A DNA stretch of 64,000 bases from Eledone cirrhosa (Eukaryota): NCBI GenBank assembly GCA_964016885.1, contig OZ024741.1, positions 60,016,001-60,080,000 of the forward strand. Direction: 5' to 3'. Positions 50,668 to 64,000 of the stretch are shown here, in pieces; position 1 is the first letter of the stretch, and each line of letters starts with the position of its first letter. Position numbers and translations under genes: made by a program. The notes under the pieces were generated by a model. That model did no database searches and was not told the origin of the DNA. It worked only from the letters and a program-made list of their open reading frames with translations.

Positions 50668-52120
50668 GAAGACACACACATGGTGGATAGAAGGTCGAGA
50701 AATCGCTCCCGTAAGTTTTGATTTTTTAACATATTTAAATCAATTGTGAAATAACAATTCTTAGTACAAATGTTGCATAAAACATCCGGCTTGAGTCCCA
50801 AAAAATTCGGATCCATAATATATTGTTATATCGCTCAAATATTTAATTTTGTATTATACATTTTATATTCAAAAAAGAAAATGGTTATAAATGGAAGAAA
50901 ACCCCCTCTGTCTCCACTATATAGAACAGCCAAATAACAGCAATTTCACCAACATCAGAAACTAGATACACCACCTACCCCATCACCCCTCTGTGTACAC
51001 TAAACACAACAGCCAGTTAACGGCAATTTCACCATCAGCACCACCAATCTCAGCATAATAATAATAATTACTATTATTATTGCCTCAAATTTTAGTTTGA
51101 ACAAAATGTTTAACACCAATATTAAAGTAATATGTCAACACATATACGCGACTAACGATAATTTCACCACCTATACCACCACGACTACCACAATGAAAAC
51201 TCTGGTAAAGTCGACTCAAATTTCTACTCCAACTTCAACACCATCACTACAATAATACGACCACATCACCATCACCACTGCCTCATTATCGCTACCGCCG
51301 CTATTCTCTCCCACTACCTCTTCTAGTTATTGCTAGCACAGCACTATCACCACCACCACCACCACCACCACCACCACCACTGCCTCATTATCACTACCAC
51401 TGCTATTCTCCCCCGCTACATTGTAGAATTCCCACTAAAAGAGGAAAACATATAAATAGACTGAATTGATGACCCGGTCAAAACCAAAAAAAAAAAATCA
51501 AAGTCAAGTTTTAGTTTTAACAAAATCTTTAATTCCAATATTAAGGGAATATGTCAACACATATACGCGACTAATGATAATTTCACTAAAGATAATTTCA
51601 CCACCAATACCACCACCACTGCCACGATGAAAACTCTGTTCAAGCCGACTCAAATTTCTACTCCGTCTTCAACACCATCACTACAGTAATACGACCACAT
51701 CACCAGCACCACTGCCTCATTATCGCTACCGCCGCTATTCTCTCCCACTACCTCCTGCTAGTTGCTGCTAGCACAGCACCGTCACCACCATCACCACCAC
51801 CACTGCCTCATTATCACTACCGCCGCTATGCTCTCCCGCTAGCCCCTGCTACATTGTAGAATTCTCACTAAAAGAGGAAGGCATCAAAATATATAAATAG
51901 ACTGAATTGATAACCCGGTCAAAATAAAATAAAAAATCAAAGTCAAAGCAGCACAGCAACAACGAAAAACGTAAAGGAAATAAAAATGAAGAGAAAAACA
52001 AACGGACGGACAGAGAAGGGAAGGGAAAAACTAAGTCAGACATTCAAACACTACGTTACAATGAAACTTATGCTTATTCATTTTGGGGGTTTTTTCTGCC
52101 TGTTTGTTTGTTTGTTTAAT
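50666..52120 (+). other. Tx1-5'UTR-like leader upstream of Dong-B, with about 420-bp internal tandem duplication (51089-51507 / 51509-51946)
   Basis: 50700-51150 aligns with 12281-12720; starts immediately after (TAA)n. Confidence 0.72.
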
Positions 52121-53570
52121 ATGGGTTCGTCTACAGCTTGATAATACCACACAAAAGTCACGTGGAGTGACGAAACCACAGGAGACGAGTAATTCACCGG
52201 TGGTTATTTAACCATACATTCGCCAATCCTCGATAAGAGTGTTTAAATGTCGAAACTAAACAGTTCGAATAACGGTGAAATGGAGACTAGAATGTCATGT
52301 GACAGACTCTCACCCAACAGGTGCTCCTTGGCTCAGCAGCAGGGACCTGGCTGTCAACCAAATACTGCTGGTGTCGGAGGAAGAAGAAGAAGGAAAGGGA
52401 CCAGAACCAACTGGACGAAAGAATTGAATAGAACTGTTATGCAATGTTACCTGAAGAGTAACCCCAAGGAGAAAGGCTATAGGAAAAGGATGCATAACAC
52501 ATGGAACGAGATTGGTCCATTTAAATTAGATGAACAAAAACTGGCCAGGCAGGCTCGGGTAATAAGAACTAATGGGTGGATAAGAGAGCTGGAACTAGAG
52601 GAACTGAGCAGAGAGATTAGCTTGGAGATGGAGAGTGGCGTATGCCAGGCAAACGAGCCAGTGGTAAATGAAGGTGAAGAGGTCGAGAGAACGGAGGAAC
52701 CACCCGAAGCAGACAATGATCTGAATGCTGAGATAAATAATACCTGGAACAGAGATACGGCCAGTGAGGAGATGAATTCTGACTGGCTAGGACAAGAATT
52801 GGTTCATATCCTAAACTTAGTGGTAGATGAATTGAACAATGATAATGGGAGACCTATAAACCTAAGATTTGTAGACAGGAAAAAGTTAAAAGAAACAACA
52901 GCTAAGGTAAACAAAGTCATCCCATACCTTGAGGCGAGGAGCCTTCACCAGTGCAACAATATCTTCAAAGCAACAGCAAATACGGTGAGGAAACTACTTG
53001 GTCTAAAAGCGAGAGGAAACAACAGACAGGAAAGAGCAGAGCCTTGGTGGAAGAAACGACTGAGTGGTCAAATCAGGAAAATGAGAAATGACATTGGAAA
53101 GCTTGAGTCCCTACTGAATGGGACACTAAAAACATAGACACTAAAAATAGACTGGAAATAAAGTACAAAACTAGTAGGAAAAAGCTAAATATTATCATAG
53201 AGGAACTGAAGCAACGCATTGTAGTAAAGAGTGCAAAAATCAGACGATACGAGAACAGAGTCAGTCAGTATAGACAGAACCGCATGTTTGACAACAACCA
53301 GAAGATGCTGTTTGGACAGCTTGAAGGGAAAGAAAGAGGCAACAACTTGATCCCTGAGGCGGAACAAACTAAAACATTCTGGAGAGGAATATGGGAGCGG
53401 GATGTTAAACATAATTACCAGGCAGTGTGGATTGAGACATTACAGAAGGAGATCAGTGAACAGGCACACCAACAAACTGATTTGAGTACCACAGTTGAAA
53501 CTCTTAATTGGCAGGCCCAAAAACTAGCCAACTGGAAATCACCTGGCCCAGATGGTGTGCAGGAGTATTG
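52121..53570 (+). mobile_element. R4/Dong family B, 5' portion (ORF from 52247), 3' part deleted
   Basis: TNWTKELNRTVMQCY, PWWKKRL, KSAKIRRY, WKSPGPDG; overlaps in sequence with 57481-57770. Confidence 0.88.
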
Positions 53571-55003
53571 AGGCCTCCGAACAAGTTTGGCATTTGTACG
53601 TAAAGTTCATAGGGCAGACCATCTAAACCAGGCGATTTACCCCTTGTGCAACTAGTCATTGCATCCCGTACTTCAGCGGTTGTTATCGGCTTTTCGCAAC
53701 ACTCCGCCTCAGTGGCCGAAAGCCGCGGCAGTCCGTCGAGGTAGACACTAAAGTCCATCCCTCGCTCCGGCCCGCCACTGCCCCCGAACAGTTGAGCGAA
53801 GTGTCGCTGAAAAGCTTCACACATTTGCCCGGGATCGAGTAGCATGCGCCCGTCGTGGTCCACCAAAGACCGGATCGTGGCTTTGTTGCCACGACGCGCC
53901 TGCGCCACTCGGGCCCATTGAACGGCTTTCGTCCCCTCGTGTCTGAGAGCACGCACCCTAGCTCTGACAACGCAGTCTTCGTGCTTTGCATTGAAGAATT
54001 GGTCAAGGGCCAATTTCGACGCAAGTACGTCGGTCGCGATGCCTTTGCTAAGCGCCTCATCTAATTTTCTAACTAATTCTCCCTCTGCTCTATTTTTCTC
54101 TATTGCTAAAGTCTTACTAAACCTAATGGACTCTATTCTAATTGCTCTTTTCAGAGCAAACCACCACATGTTGTTGACGATGGCCCCCGTCAACGCCCGC
54201 TTAACTAGTTCGCTAATCCGGTCTCTGTAGGCCTTGCGCGCTGGTAAGGACGCGTTTAGCTTCCAGTAGCCGGGTCCTCGTCTATGAAGCCTATCTAAGT
54301 CAAGCACACAGATCACGAATTTGTGGTCCGTGTAGCTGACTATCTTGAATTGTGGACAGCCTATGCTAGACCTATCTATTTCCCTACAAAATACTCTATC
54401 TAGATATGATCTGGATGACCCTATGCGATTTGTCCAAGTCCACATTGGTACATTCGGGAAATCCATTCGGTACCTGTCAGACAGTTCAAAACATCTGAGC
54501 AGGTTGGTGAGACTCTTGCACCCTCCTTCCCTATCCACTAATCCCACACAATCCCAGCGTGCATCTAAGATCCCGTTCCAGTCGCCCACTAACACTAAAG
54601 AGCCGGACGTTCCAAGAAAGGTCTCCAGACGCCGGAAGAAATCAGGCCGCCCTGCTCCTGTCGCGGCATAGATGGCCACTAACCTGAAAGCTTGGCCGTC
54701 TCCGCTGGTCACGTCCAGCACCACCAACTTACCTTCTGGGTCCAGGAAGATGGCCCGTATGGCAAGATCCAAACCTCTCCGAAAAAGCACAGCAACTCCT
54801 CCCCCCGATCCCGGACGGCTGGGAGATGCGCACACATCGTAGCCGCCGAAGATCGGCGCGAAAGCCTGTGCTTCGGAGATTCTTGTCTCGCTGATGGCCA
54901 CTACATCTATGTTTAGTGACCTGAGGTCGTTGAGCAGGTGGCCCTGCTTCCATGACGACCCCAAGCCACGCGCATTTATGCTGCCTATTCTGAGTGAGGT
55001 CAT
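53571..55003 (-). pseudogene. Open APE endonuclease + linker of Tx1 ORF2, truncated at the start of RT
   Basis: SINARGL, ISETR, GDWNG, SYLDRVF, YTDHK, GYWKLN, KSPGLDG. Confidence 0.88.
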
Positions 55004-55319
55004 GTTGAAAAGGAGCGGAAAAGATGGGAAATACCACTTACCTTACTTCTCGTAGGGGAAGGACGGTTTTTCCATCCTTTTCACTGCTTGTGGCCTCCTC
55101 AGGAAGGATGTCCTTATAAATCCTCCTGGAGAGTGCTTGTCGGAAGTCTCCGATGTCTTTGGGGAATTTTTTTTTAGTGTCATGTACGTTTTCTGTGTGA
55201 TACGAATGATTTGTATGTGTGGAGGTGGTGTGAATTTTGGGGTTGTTGTGTAGTCTTTTTCTGTGATGCTGGTGTTGTGTTGGATGTAGTGTAATAATTG
55301 CTTGTTGTTCAAATTTAAT

Positions 55320-55500
55320 TGTTTCTACGTTAGGCACAAGGCCAGCAAATTACCCAGTGCATTACTGGTACTTTATTTTATCGACCCCGTAAGGATGAAA
55401 GGCAAAGTCAACCTCGGCGGGATTTGAACTCAGATCGTAAAGGGACGTAACTATGCTGGAAAGCATGGCGTCCGACCCTCTACCGATACTGCCAATCCAC
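55320..55500 (-). mobile_element. Complete tRNA-derived SINE inserted in Tx1-C ORF1, 14-bp TSD
   Basis: TSD TGTTCAAATTTAAT at 55306-55319 and 55501-55514; A box TGGCAGTATCGG and B box GAGTTCAAATCC on the minus strand. Confidence 0.88.
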
Positions 55501-57432
55501 TGTTCAAATTTAATGCTGTGTAGTGTGTATCGTTTTGGTTGTTTTGTTTTGTTTGCGTTTGTTGTGGGTTTGTTTCTGTTTCGCATTTTGGTGACTTTTG
55601 TGGTGTAGGTGATGGTGGTGTTGGAGTTAATGATGGTGATGGTGTTGATGGGGTTGGTGATGCTGGTGTGGATGGTGGCATATCTGTCCTAACTTTTTTG
55701 TTTCTTAGTTTATTTGTTTCCCTCTGTATTTTGTTTTTGGAGAAGGAAGGAAGAGAATTTTTTCTTTTTTGGTTTCTTTTTTTTTTCCGGATATCGTTTC
55801 CCACTCCTCGTCGTCACAATCTGTCTCCAGTTGTGATAGGCCGGGGAGTGGAAAATCCTCCATAGGCGTTAGTTTTGTTTGTGGCGTGGTGGATGGTGTA
55901 GGCGCTGGTGCTAGTTCTGAAGCGTCGGGTGGTGGTGGTGTTGGTTTTGCTGGTGGTGGTGGTGGTGTTGGTTTTGCTACTGTTGCTGGGGTTGTTGCTG
56001 TTATAGTTGCTTCTGTTGTTGCTGCTACAGTTGTTGCTGCCATCTCTGCTACTGGTGGTGTTGATGGTTGTGTCACTGGGGTGGGTAGGAGAGGTGGCCT
56101 CAACCTTTTAGCCTGAGGGCAGAAAGCCCTTAGGTGGGTTCCTTCACCACAAACGACACACCTAGGTCTTCTGCCCTCTAAAATTACCGTGAGGTGGCTG
56201 CCGTCAGTGAGGTCTATTACCTCTGGGATCTCCTCAATGCTTTTTTGGTCCGCTTGGATCAGGAGCTCCATCCCAGATCCGGACCAGTTCTCCTGCTTTT
56301 CTTTTGCTATTGCTATTATTTTTGTGTTGGCTTCGATGCCGGCGAGGACGGGCGCTATTAGCCAGGGAATTTCGATGGCGGGTGGAACGTGGGTCACCCT
56401 GATCTTTACGAGTCTCTGGCCACAATAGTTTGGGACGAGTGTGAAGTCGTCACATCTTAATGGGGCCATGGAGTGTTCTCTAGCCTCCTCTGGTGTTTCA
56501 AAGAACACGTCCACGGTTCCATACTTCTGCCCACGTCTGAGGTGGGTTTTTCTTGCCCACACATGTCCCAAAGCTTTTTGGATTTGGGACTCGGATGCCC
56601 GTTCCACTCGGCGCGATTTTACATTTATCGTTCGATACGACACGGTGCATAGGCGCCGATGCTCCATTTTATTAGGTGTGTGTGGGGGGGTGAGGCTGAC
56701 CCTGCACCCATCTTTCTTTACCATTTGTTTGGCATTTTCTAAATCCTCCTGAGTTACCGTAAATGCTTCGAACTGTTTTGCTACTATTGCAAAACTGAGG
56801 GTGGTTTTTATAATGTCATTGTTGTTGTTGTTGCTATCGTTATTTGTGTTAATATTAATTTTAGTTTCAGTTGTGGTGGTGGTGACGTCAGTCGTCTTTG
56901 GTGGGGAAGAGTCCATTTTGCTTGATTTGATTTCGACATCACGAGTTAATTTATTTTCTACTTCTTTTGTTTCTGTTGTCGCGGTGGTGGTTGGGTGGGT
57001 GGTTGTCGCGGTGGTGGTGGTGGTGGTGGTGGAGGCTTTAACACCTGCAGTCATTGGTAATGGCGGGAAATGAATGTCTGCCTGAAACAAATTTAAAATA
57101 TTGCTACTGCTTATATTTTTTTTGTGTTGGCAAACGTAGTAACATTTACAATGGTGGTGTCGGTGTGAGGTGTTAATTTGTGAGGAAGGCTTTCAGCTGC
57201 TTGGTGCAGAGGTGAATTAGCCATTTTTTTTCAAAGAAATTTTTTGATAATAATAAAAGTTTAAATTTTGGGCACAAGGCCCCAATCTTTTTGGGTGTCC
57301 TTTTTGGAAAACAATGTATGTGCGCTTATACACAGTTAACAATAAAATTTTCCATAAATGACAATTTTTAACAAACGTAAATAACAAATCTTTGCGGAGC
57401 TCACGATGATACGATTTACTACGTAGGTCGCC

Positions 57433-57480
<48 letters not shown>

Positions 57481-59946
57481 CCGCATGTTTGACAACAACC
57501 AGAAGATGCTGTTTGGACAGCTTGAAGGGAAAGAAAGAAGCAACGACTTGATCCTGAGGCGGAACAAACTAAGACATTCTGGAGAGGAATATGGGAGCAG
57601 GATGTTAAACATAATGACCAGGCAGTGTGGATTGAGACAGTACAAAAGGAGATTAGTGAACAGGCACACCAACAAACTGATTTGAGTATCACAGTTGAAA
57701 CTCTTAATGGGCAGGCCAAAAAATTAACCAACTGGAAATCACCAGGCCCAGATGGTGTGCAGGAGTATTGGATTAAAAATATAACATCCCCCACCCGAAA
57801 CTGACAACCATGTTCAATGGCTGCTTGATGTCAGGTGAGGTACCAGAGTGTTTGACAAAAGGTACCACAGTTCTGGTAATGAAAGACCGAATCAAGGGTA
57901 ATGATGTTACCAACTATAGACCAATCACATGTCTGTCCGTAATATGGAAATGGTTGACAAGCATTATGTCTGAGGAAATCTACCATCACCTCCACACAAA
58001 CAACTTGTTACGGGACGAACAGAAAGGATGCCGAAAGAAGTCCCGTGGTACAAAGGACCAGTTACTTATTGATAAGATGGTAATGAGGAATTGCAAGAGC
58101 AGACACACTGGTCTTGCCATGGGATGGATAGACTACAAAAAGGCATTTGAGATGGTGCCTCATTCTTGGATCACCAAAAGCCTAGAGATATTCAAGGTGG
58201 CAGATAACATCAGACAGTTGTTAGGCAAAAGTATGAAGTCCTGGAAAAAAGAGTTAACATCAGCTGGAGAATCCTTGGGAAGCGTGAAGATCAAGAGAGG
58301 TATTTTCCAGGGAGATAGACTGTCCCCTCTGTTGTTTGTCCTTGCCCTGATGCCCCTGACCATTTTACTGCGAAAAGTGAGAGCAGGATACAAGTTGGGA
58401 AAGGGACAGCTTACCATCAATCACCCCCTCTTCATGGACGATCTTAATCTCTTCGGCAAGAGTGAGAAGGAGTTGGATGTGCTTGTTGACACTGTCCGTA
58501 TTTTTAGCAATGATATATGTATGCAATTTGGTATTAGTAAGTGTGGAGTCATTGTGATGAAGAGGTGTAAATTGAGCAGAAGCAACGGAATCCAGGTACC
58601 AACAGGTGAGATGATAAAGGAAATTGACACTGAAGAAGGATACAAGTATTTGGGTGTTCTGGAGGCTGATGACATCAAGAACCACAAAATGAAGGAATTG
58701 ATAAGAACTGAATACATTCGGAGAGTAAGGAGCGTATTAAAGTCACATCTGAACAGTAGGAATGCCATAAGTGCAGTAAATTCCCGAGCTCTGTCTATTA
58801 TTAGGTAGGTACAGTGCGGGAATTCTGAGATGTAATGTTGCTGAACAAAAAGAAATGGATAGGAAGACTAGGAAGCTATTGACTAACTACAACATGTTCC
58901 ACAAGAGGAGTGATGTCGATAGACTCTACTTAAGGAGATCTGAAGGTGGAAGAGGTCTTATCAGCATAGAGGACTGTGTTCAGATGGAGAAAAACAACCT
59001 ACACAAATACGTGACTGATAGTAAGGAGCCAATGCTCAGAAGTATACTGAAGGAGAGGACAATAGACCAGGGGATGTCCAAGGAGGAAATAACATCAAGG
59101 AGAAAGAGCAGCCTTCAGGAAAAATCCCTTCATAGTACCTTCTTTGAGAAAACTGAATTCAGAGACCCACAGACATGGAACTGTTTGAAAAGAGACCTTA
59201 AAAAGGCTACAGAAGGAATGTTAATGGCTGCGCAAGAGCAGGCCCTCAAATCGAAGTGGTTCAAAGACCATATTTACAAGGAGGAGGCTAGCCCACTGTG
59301 CAGGATCTGTGGAGAGAGAGAGGAGATTGTGGCTCACATTGTATCCGAGTGTAAACACCCAGCCCAGACTCACTATAAGGGCTGGAGACATGATGTGATG
59401 GGCAGGGTGATCCACTGGCACCTATGCAAAGTAAACAATTTACCACATTCTGAGAAGTGGTATGAGCATAATGCAGAGTCGGTGATAGAAAACGATCAGG
59501 TGAAGTTGCTGTGGGATTTTAGCATACAGACGGACAAGAAACTGGAACACAATAGACCTGACCTGGTAGTTGTGGGCAAAGAAAAAAGATCGTGCCTGAT
59601 TGTGGATGTGGCCTGCCCATTCGACACGAGAGTGCAAGAGAAGGAGAGGAAGAAAATTAACCGATACCAGGACTTAAAGTGGGAGATAAAAAGGATTTGG
59701 AACTGCCATGAAGTCAAAGTGGTCAAGATTGTCATAGGCGCACTAGGTACTATCTCAAAATGTTTCAGGGATGGTTAAAGAAAATTGGCCCCACCACACT
59801 TTTTGGACCGCTTCAAAAGGCATGCTTGCTGGGAACAGCAAGAACCCTCCGATACGTCCTGAATATCTGAGGCTGCAGGTAATGGCTTGATATTCATTTC
59901 AACAAACTTTCCAGTTAACTAACATCAATTACTGAGACTCAAAGAA
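57481..59946 (+). mobile_element. R4/Dong family B, 5'-truncated, degraded
   Basis: NYRPITCL, WIDYKKAF, GIFQGD, FMDD, CCHC, RHD, NRPD; TAA on both sides. Confidence 0.93.
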
Positions 59947-59947
59947 C

Positions 59948-59994
<47 letters not shown>

Positions 59995-59996
<2 letters not shown>

Positions 59997-62900
59997 GTCT
60001 TGGTTGACACTCGTTCTAGAAGTGGTAACACGAAATGATTACCCCTTGGCGGATAAGGATAAAACGCGACAAAATAAAGTAGATGTCTAATGATGAAATC
60101 TCATACCGGATCGGCCGTCACCCGGGTAAAAAAGGGCCGCGTCCCTCAGAGAGGAACCAGACTGGGGTCGAAAAATCAGCTAATGGTTCAAACCTTCCCA
60201 TCACTTCGGAGCTGGAGACCTCCCATAACCGGAATACTCCTACTGTTGGCCCTCCGTGCTCACCACCAAGAAATCCAAAGAAAAAGAGAGAAAAATGGTC
60301 AAGGGAAGATAATAAAGAAGTCCTTGAGGCTTTCTACACTGCCATGTACTACCCATCAAATACATCGAATACAGAACAAACATATATCAACTGGAAAAAG
60401 AAACATCCCGAAAACAGAGGCTATATTGATAGTAACAAACTAGCCAATATACGAAGAAATATTGTAAGAAAAAAGTTACTAACTGATATAGAAATTGATC
60501 AGATCAAGCTAGTAGCACAAAGTCAGCGAAAGGAAAATGAAGCATGTGTCAGTGAAAACGAGGTAAACTGTAACACTTCGAATCCCAGGGTTGGCAACAG
60601 AACAAATTAAAGAAAGGAGCGAAAAAGTGGAGGGAGTGCATGCTCAGGATGAAACTCCAAATGAAAATAATGAGATCGTAAATGATAAAGAAATGAATGA
60701 GAATGAACTTGCCAACTTGAAGGATGAAATTATGATCGAATGGATGAAAATGAAAGAATCTGACATGGGGGAACGAGACACCCTCCCTAAGATCCAGAAC
60801 TCCAAACAGAACCAAAAGATAATACACAAGACTAACATAATTCTCAAAAACATTATCATCACAAACAAACTAAACATTACTGACTTAAATCATCTCTATT
60901 ATGCATCGGCTAAAGTCACCACTCACTTATGTGGAGTGAAGATGAAAAAACAAAGGAATTCCCACAAGAAATCTACTTGGCAAGATAACATCAATCGCCA
61001 AATAAACCTTCTCCGATCTGACATAGAAATTTTAACAAACTATAAAGTAGGTGAACATGTTAAACAAACTAAACTTAGAAAATTGAAAAAAAAGTACAGT
61101 ATAAGATCAACATGTGACATAGACATGCTGATAGAAACAATCAAGCAAAAAGTGTCGGCCAAAGCTGCTCGTATAAGGCGCTTTGAAAAACGATCTAGAT
61201 TCTATAAGGACAATAATATGTTCAGAAACAACCAAAGAAACTTCTACAGAAAAATTGGTAAGTCAACAATAACTGCTAAATCAATACCACCCAAGGAGGA
61301 AGTGCAAGAATTCTTGGAAAAGATCTGGGCCGAAGAAAAAGTTCATAACATACATGCCCCATGGATAGACAGACAAATGAAAGAAACAGCTCACCTTGAA
61401 GAACAAACATGGGAAAATATAACAGTTGAACAGCTGCGCTTGGCTCTAAGAAAAACCAACAAATGGAAATCCCCAGGAAAAGACAAAATACAAAACTTTT
61501 GGATAAATGCCTTCACAGAGTCTCATGAGCTGTTAGCCCAACTTTACAATGAAATAGTTAAGGAGCCAGAAAAGATACCATCACGGCTAGTTAACGGCAT
61601 TACATTCCTGCTACCGAAGAATGATGAGACAAACAATCCCAAAAATTACAGACTGATAACCTGCTTGACCACAATGTATAAAATTTTAACATCAGTCCTA
61701 ACTGAATACACATATGACCACCTGATAACAAATGACCTATTTCCCATTGAGCAGAAAGGGTGTAAACGAGGCTCATATGGCTGTAAGGATCAGCTTCTGG
61801 TTAACAAAATGATACTGGAAGATTGTCATAATAGACACAAAAATCTATCGATTGCTTGGATAGACTATAAAAAAGCATTTGATAGTTTGCCACACAGTTG
61901 GATCGAAAAATGTTTAGAGATTTTCAAAATATCCCCCGTTGTCAGGAGGTTTTTGTCATTCAGTATGAGGACATGGAGAACGACACTCCTTTTGAATAGT
62001 GAAACAAAATCACTGGAAGCTGGAGAAGTTAACATTAATTGTGGAATTTTTCAGGGTGACTCTTTATCACCGCTTTTATTCTGCATCGCACTTATACCAT
62101 TAAGTAAAATGCTCAATGAAACAAAACATGGATATAGAGTCTATGACAAAACCATTAATCACCTGTTCTACATGGATGACCTGAAACTATTTGCAAAAAA
62201 TGATGAACAATTGCAAGGGCTATTATCCACTGTGAAGCAGTTCAGTGATGACATTAAAATGGAGTTTGGACTGGATAAATGCGCCAAAGCAACGTTCACC
62301 AGAGGAAAGCTGCTGAAGAGTTCAGACATTAATCTTGATCGGGGGAACGTGATAAGAGAGCTTGATCAAGAACAAACTTACAAATATCTAGGTGTTTGTG
62401 AAGGAGACGGAATCAAGCACTCGACAATGAGGGAAAGGATAAGGAAGTAATGTTACCGCAGAGTCAGAGCAATCTTAAGAACGGAATTGAATGCAAGGAA
62501 TAGGATCGATGCCATAAACACGCTTGCCATACCAGTAGTAACCTACAGTTACAATGTCATCAACTGGTCAAGCACAGAGATCCGTAGGCTCGATACAAAA
62601 ATTCGAAAATTCTTAACCATGCACAGAATGCATCACCCTAAGGCAGACATAGATAGAATATATCTCCCTAGGAAAGAAGGAGGACGTGGGTTAATCCAGT
62701 TAGACATTGCGTTGAAAACTGCAACAATTGGATTATCCACATATCTAAGGGAATCACATGATTGGATGATCAAACTCGTTTTGAAACACGAAAGCACCAA
62801 AAGATCATATTCCATTACAAAAGATGCACAAAGATACAGTAATGGACTACAAATTTCAGAAGTCCCATTTACTGCTGAAATGGAAAACACAGATAAAGCA

Positions 62901-63602
62901 AAGCAGGTAAAAGTAACTGCAAAGAAAGAACTGCTACAGAAACTGGCTAAGAAATGGCAAGAAAAGCCTCTGTATGGAAAATACCCAGAGCGAGCTAACA
63001 ATCATACATTGGATAATGTGTAAGCATTTTGACCTGCCCCATCAAAAGAATTGGTGGGAACATCAACCACTTCCCATACTTGAAAAAGATCACATCTCAA
63101 TCTTGTGGAACTTTAGCATCCAAACAGACCGAAAAATAGATGCAAATAGACCTGATATAATATTGAAGGACTTTCAAAGGAGGGTATGCCTGCTAATTGA
63201 TATGTCTGTTCCAATAGACAAGAATGTATCTATAAAAACATTTGAAAAATTGAGCAAGTATAAGGACCTGGAGATAGAAATTGGAAAAATGTGGAAATTG
63301 AGAACTAAAACAATACCAGTGGTTTTAGGCGCTCTGGGAATGATACCTAAGGGGTCTAACGACTACTTATCGCAAATCCCAGGAAACCCGCGTATAGGAG
63401 AAATACAAAAGATAGTACTAATGGGAACTGCCCATATACTAAGGAAGATCCTGTCAATATAAGTACATCACAAGTCTAAACACTAAGGATGCATGTGTGA
63501 ATATGTATGTTCTTTCTTGAACATGGCGGACCTTGTTGTCTCTTGAGGTCACTGGTTGTGACTTGGTGATAACTCGTATAAACATAAAGCAAGATAAATG
63601 CA
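59995..63602 (+). mobile_element. R4/Dong family A, copy D4, truncated within the 5'UTR, young but defective
   Basis: Very close to D2; small deletion at about 60590, TAA stop at 62448, deletion of about 0.25 kb at about 63002. Confidence 0.94.
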
Positions 63603-63668
<66 letters not shown>

Positions 63669-64000
63669 TGTTTCTTTATTGGCCTCAAGTACATTACAGA
63701 CGGCACAGAACGGTACGGGACGATACAGTGTGAGTTTAGTTCGTGTAAAAAAGGGTTATAACAAAAAACAACATAAACAAATTAAGTAATTTAAACAACA
63801 AACATTCCACAGTAGGGGGAAACTTCCGAGGGTCACTCGTGGCGAAAACCACACAAAAGACCACGGCCACCCTGACCACCAGGGCAAGTGACCTCTCTCA
63901 CTTTTCTGACTCCTCAGTCTACAGGCTCATACTCAAAGCGGGCGCGGTCACACTTTTCATGGTTTATCCTTGCTCCTATCACCGCTTCGTATTACATGAG
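63669..64000 (-). mobile_element. Tx1 family D, 3' end
   Basis: 63813-63897 is homologous to the family A 3'UTR (2283-2367); sense end AATAAAGAAACA-(ATT)n. Confidence 0.75.

Larger units (their letters stand above)
53571..57432 (-). mobile_element. Tx1 family C (family-A-like ORF2, different ORF1 and 5'UTR), 3' part deleted
   Basis: ORF2 5' part nearly identical to family A; ORF1 knuckle RPRCVVCGEGTHLRAFC; 5' end abuts (TAA)n at 57433. Confidence 0.88.

Overview
AT-rich animal genomic DNA, almost entirely retroelements. The repeat types look molluscan/cephalopod-like, but this is inference. No host gene is confidently visible. There are three zones. (1) 2075-17847 and (2) 33540-64000 are chains of non-LTR retrotransposons strung on (TAA)n microsatellites: L1/Tx1-type elements (gag-knuckle ORF1 plus APE-RT ORF2, about 4 families) always on the minus strand, and R4/Dong-type elements (single ORF, RT-CCHC-restriction-like endonuclease, 2 families) always on the plus strand. 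One Dong copy has an intact 1216-aa ORF (13372-17022). (3) 17848-30300 is a (TA)n-rich zone of Penelope-like element (PLE) remnants with GIY-YIG fragments, inverted and tandem pseudo-LTRs and minimal hammerhead ribozyme motifs, plus SINEs and a bipartite RTE derivative. The most notable observation is that Dong elements of both families are preceded by a 1-1.5 kb plus-strand leader whose 5' part aligns with the Tx1 5'UTR/ORF1 start, suggesting cross-clade capture of a promoter module. In Dong-A this leader is followed by a compact multi-pseudoknot RNA domain. All alignments and folds were done by eye and boundaries are approximate to a few bases.
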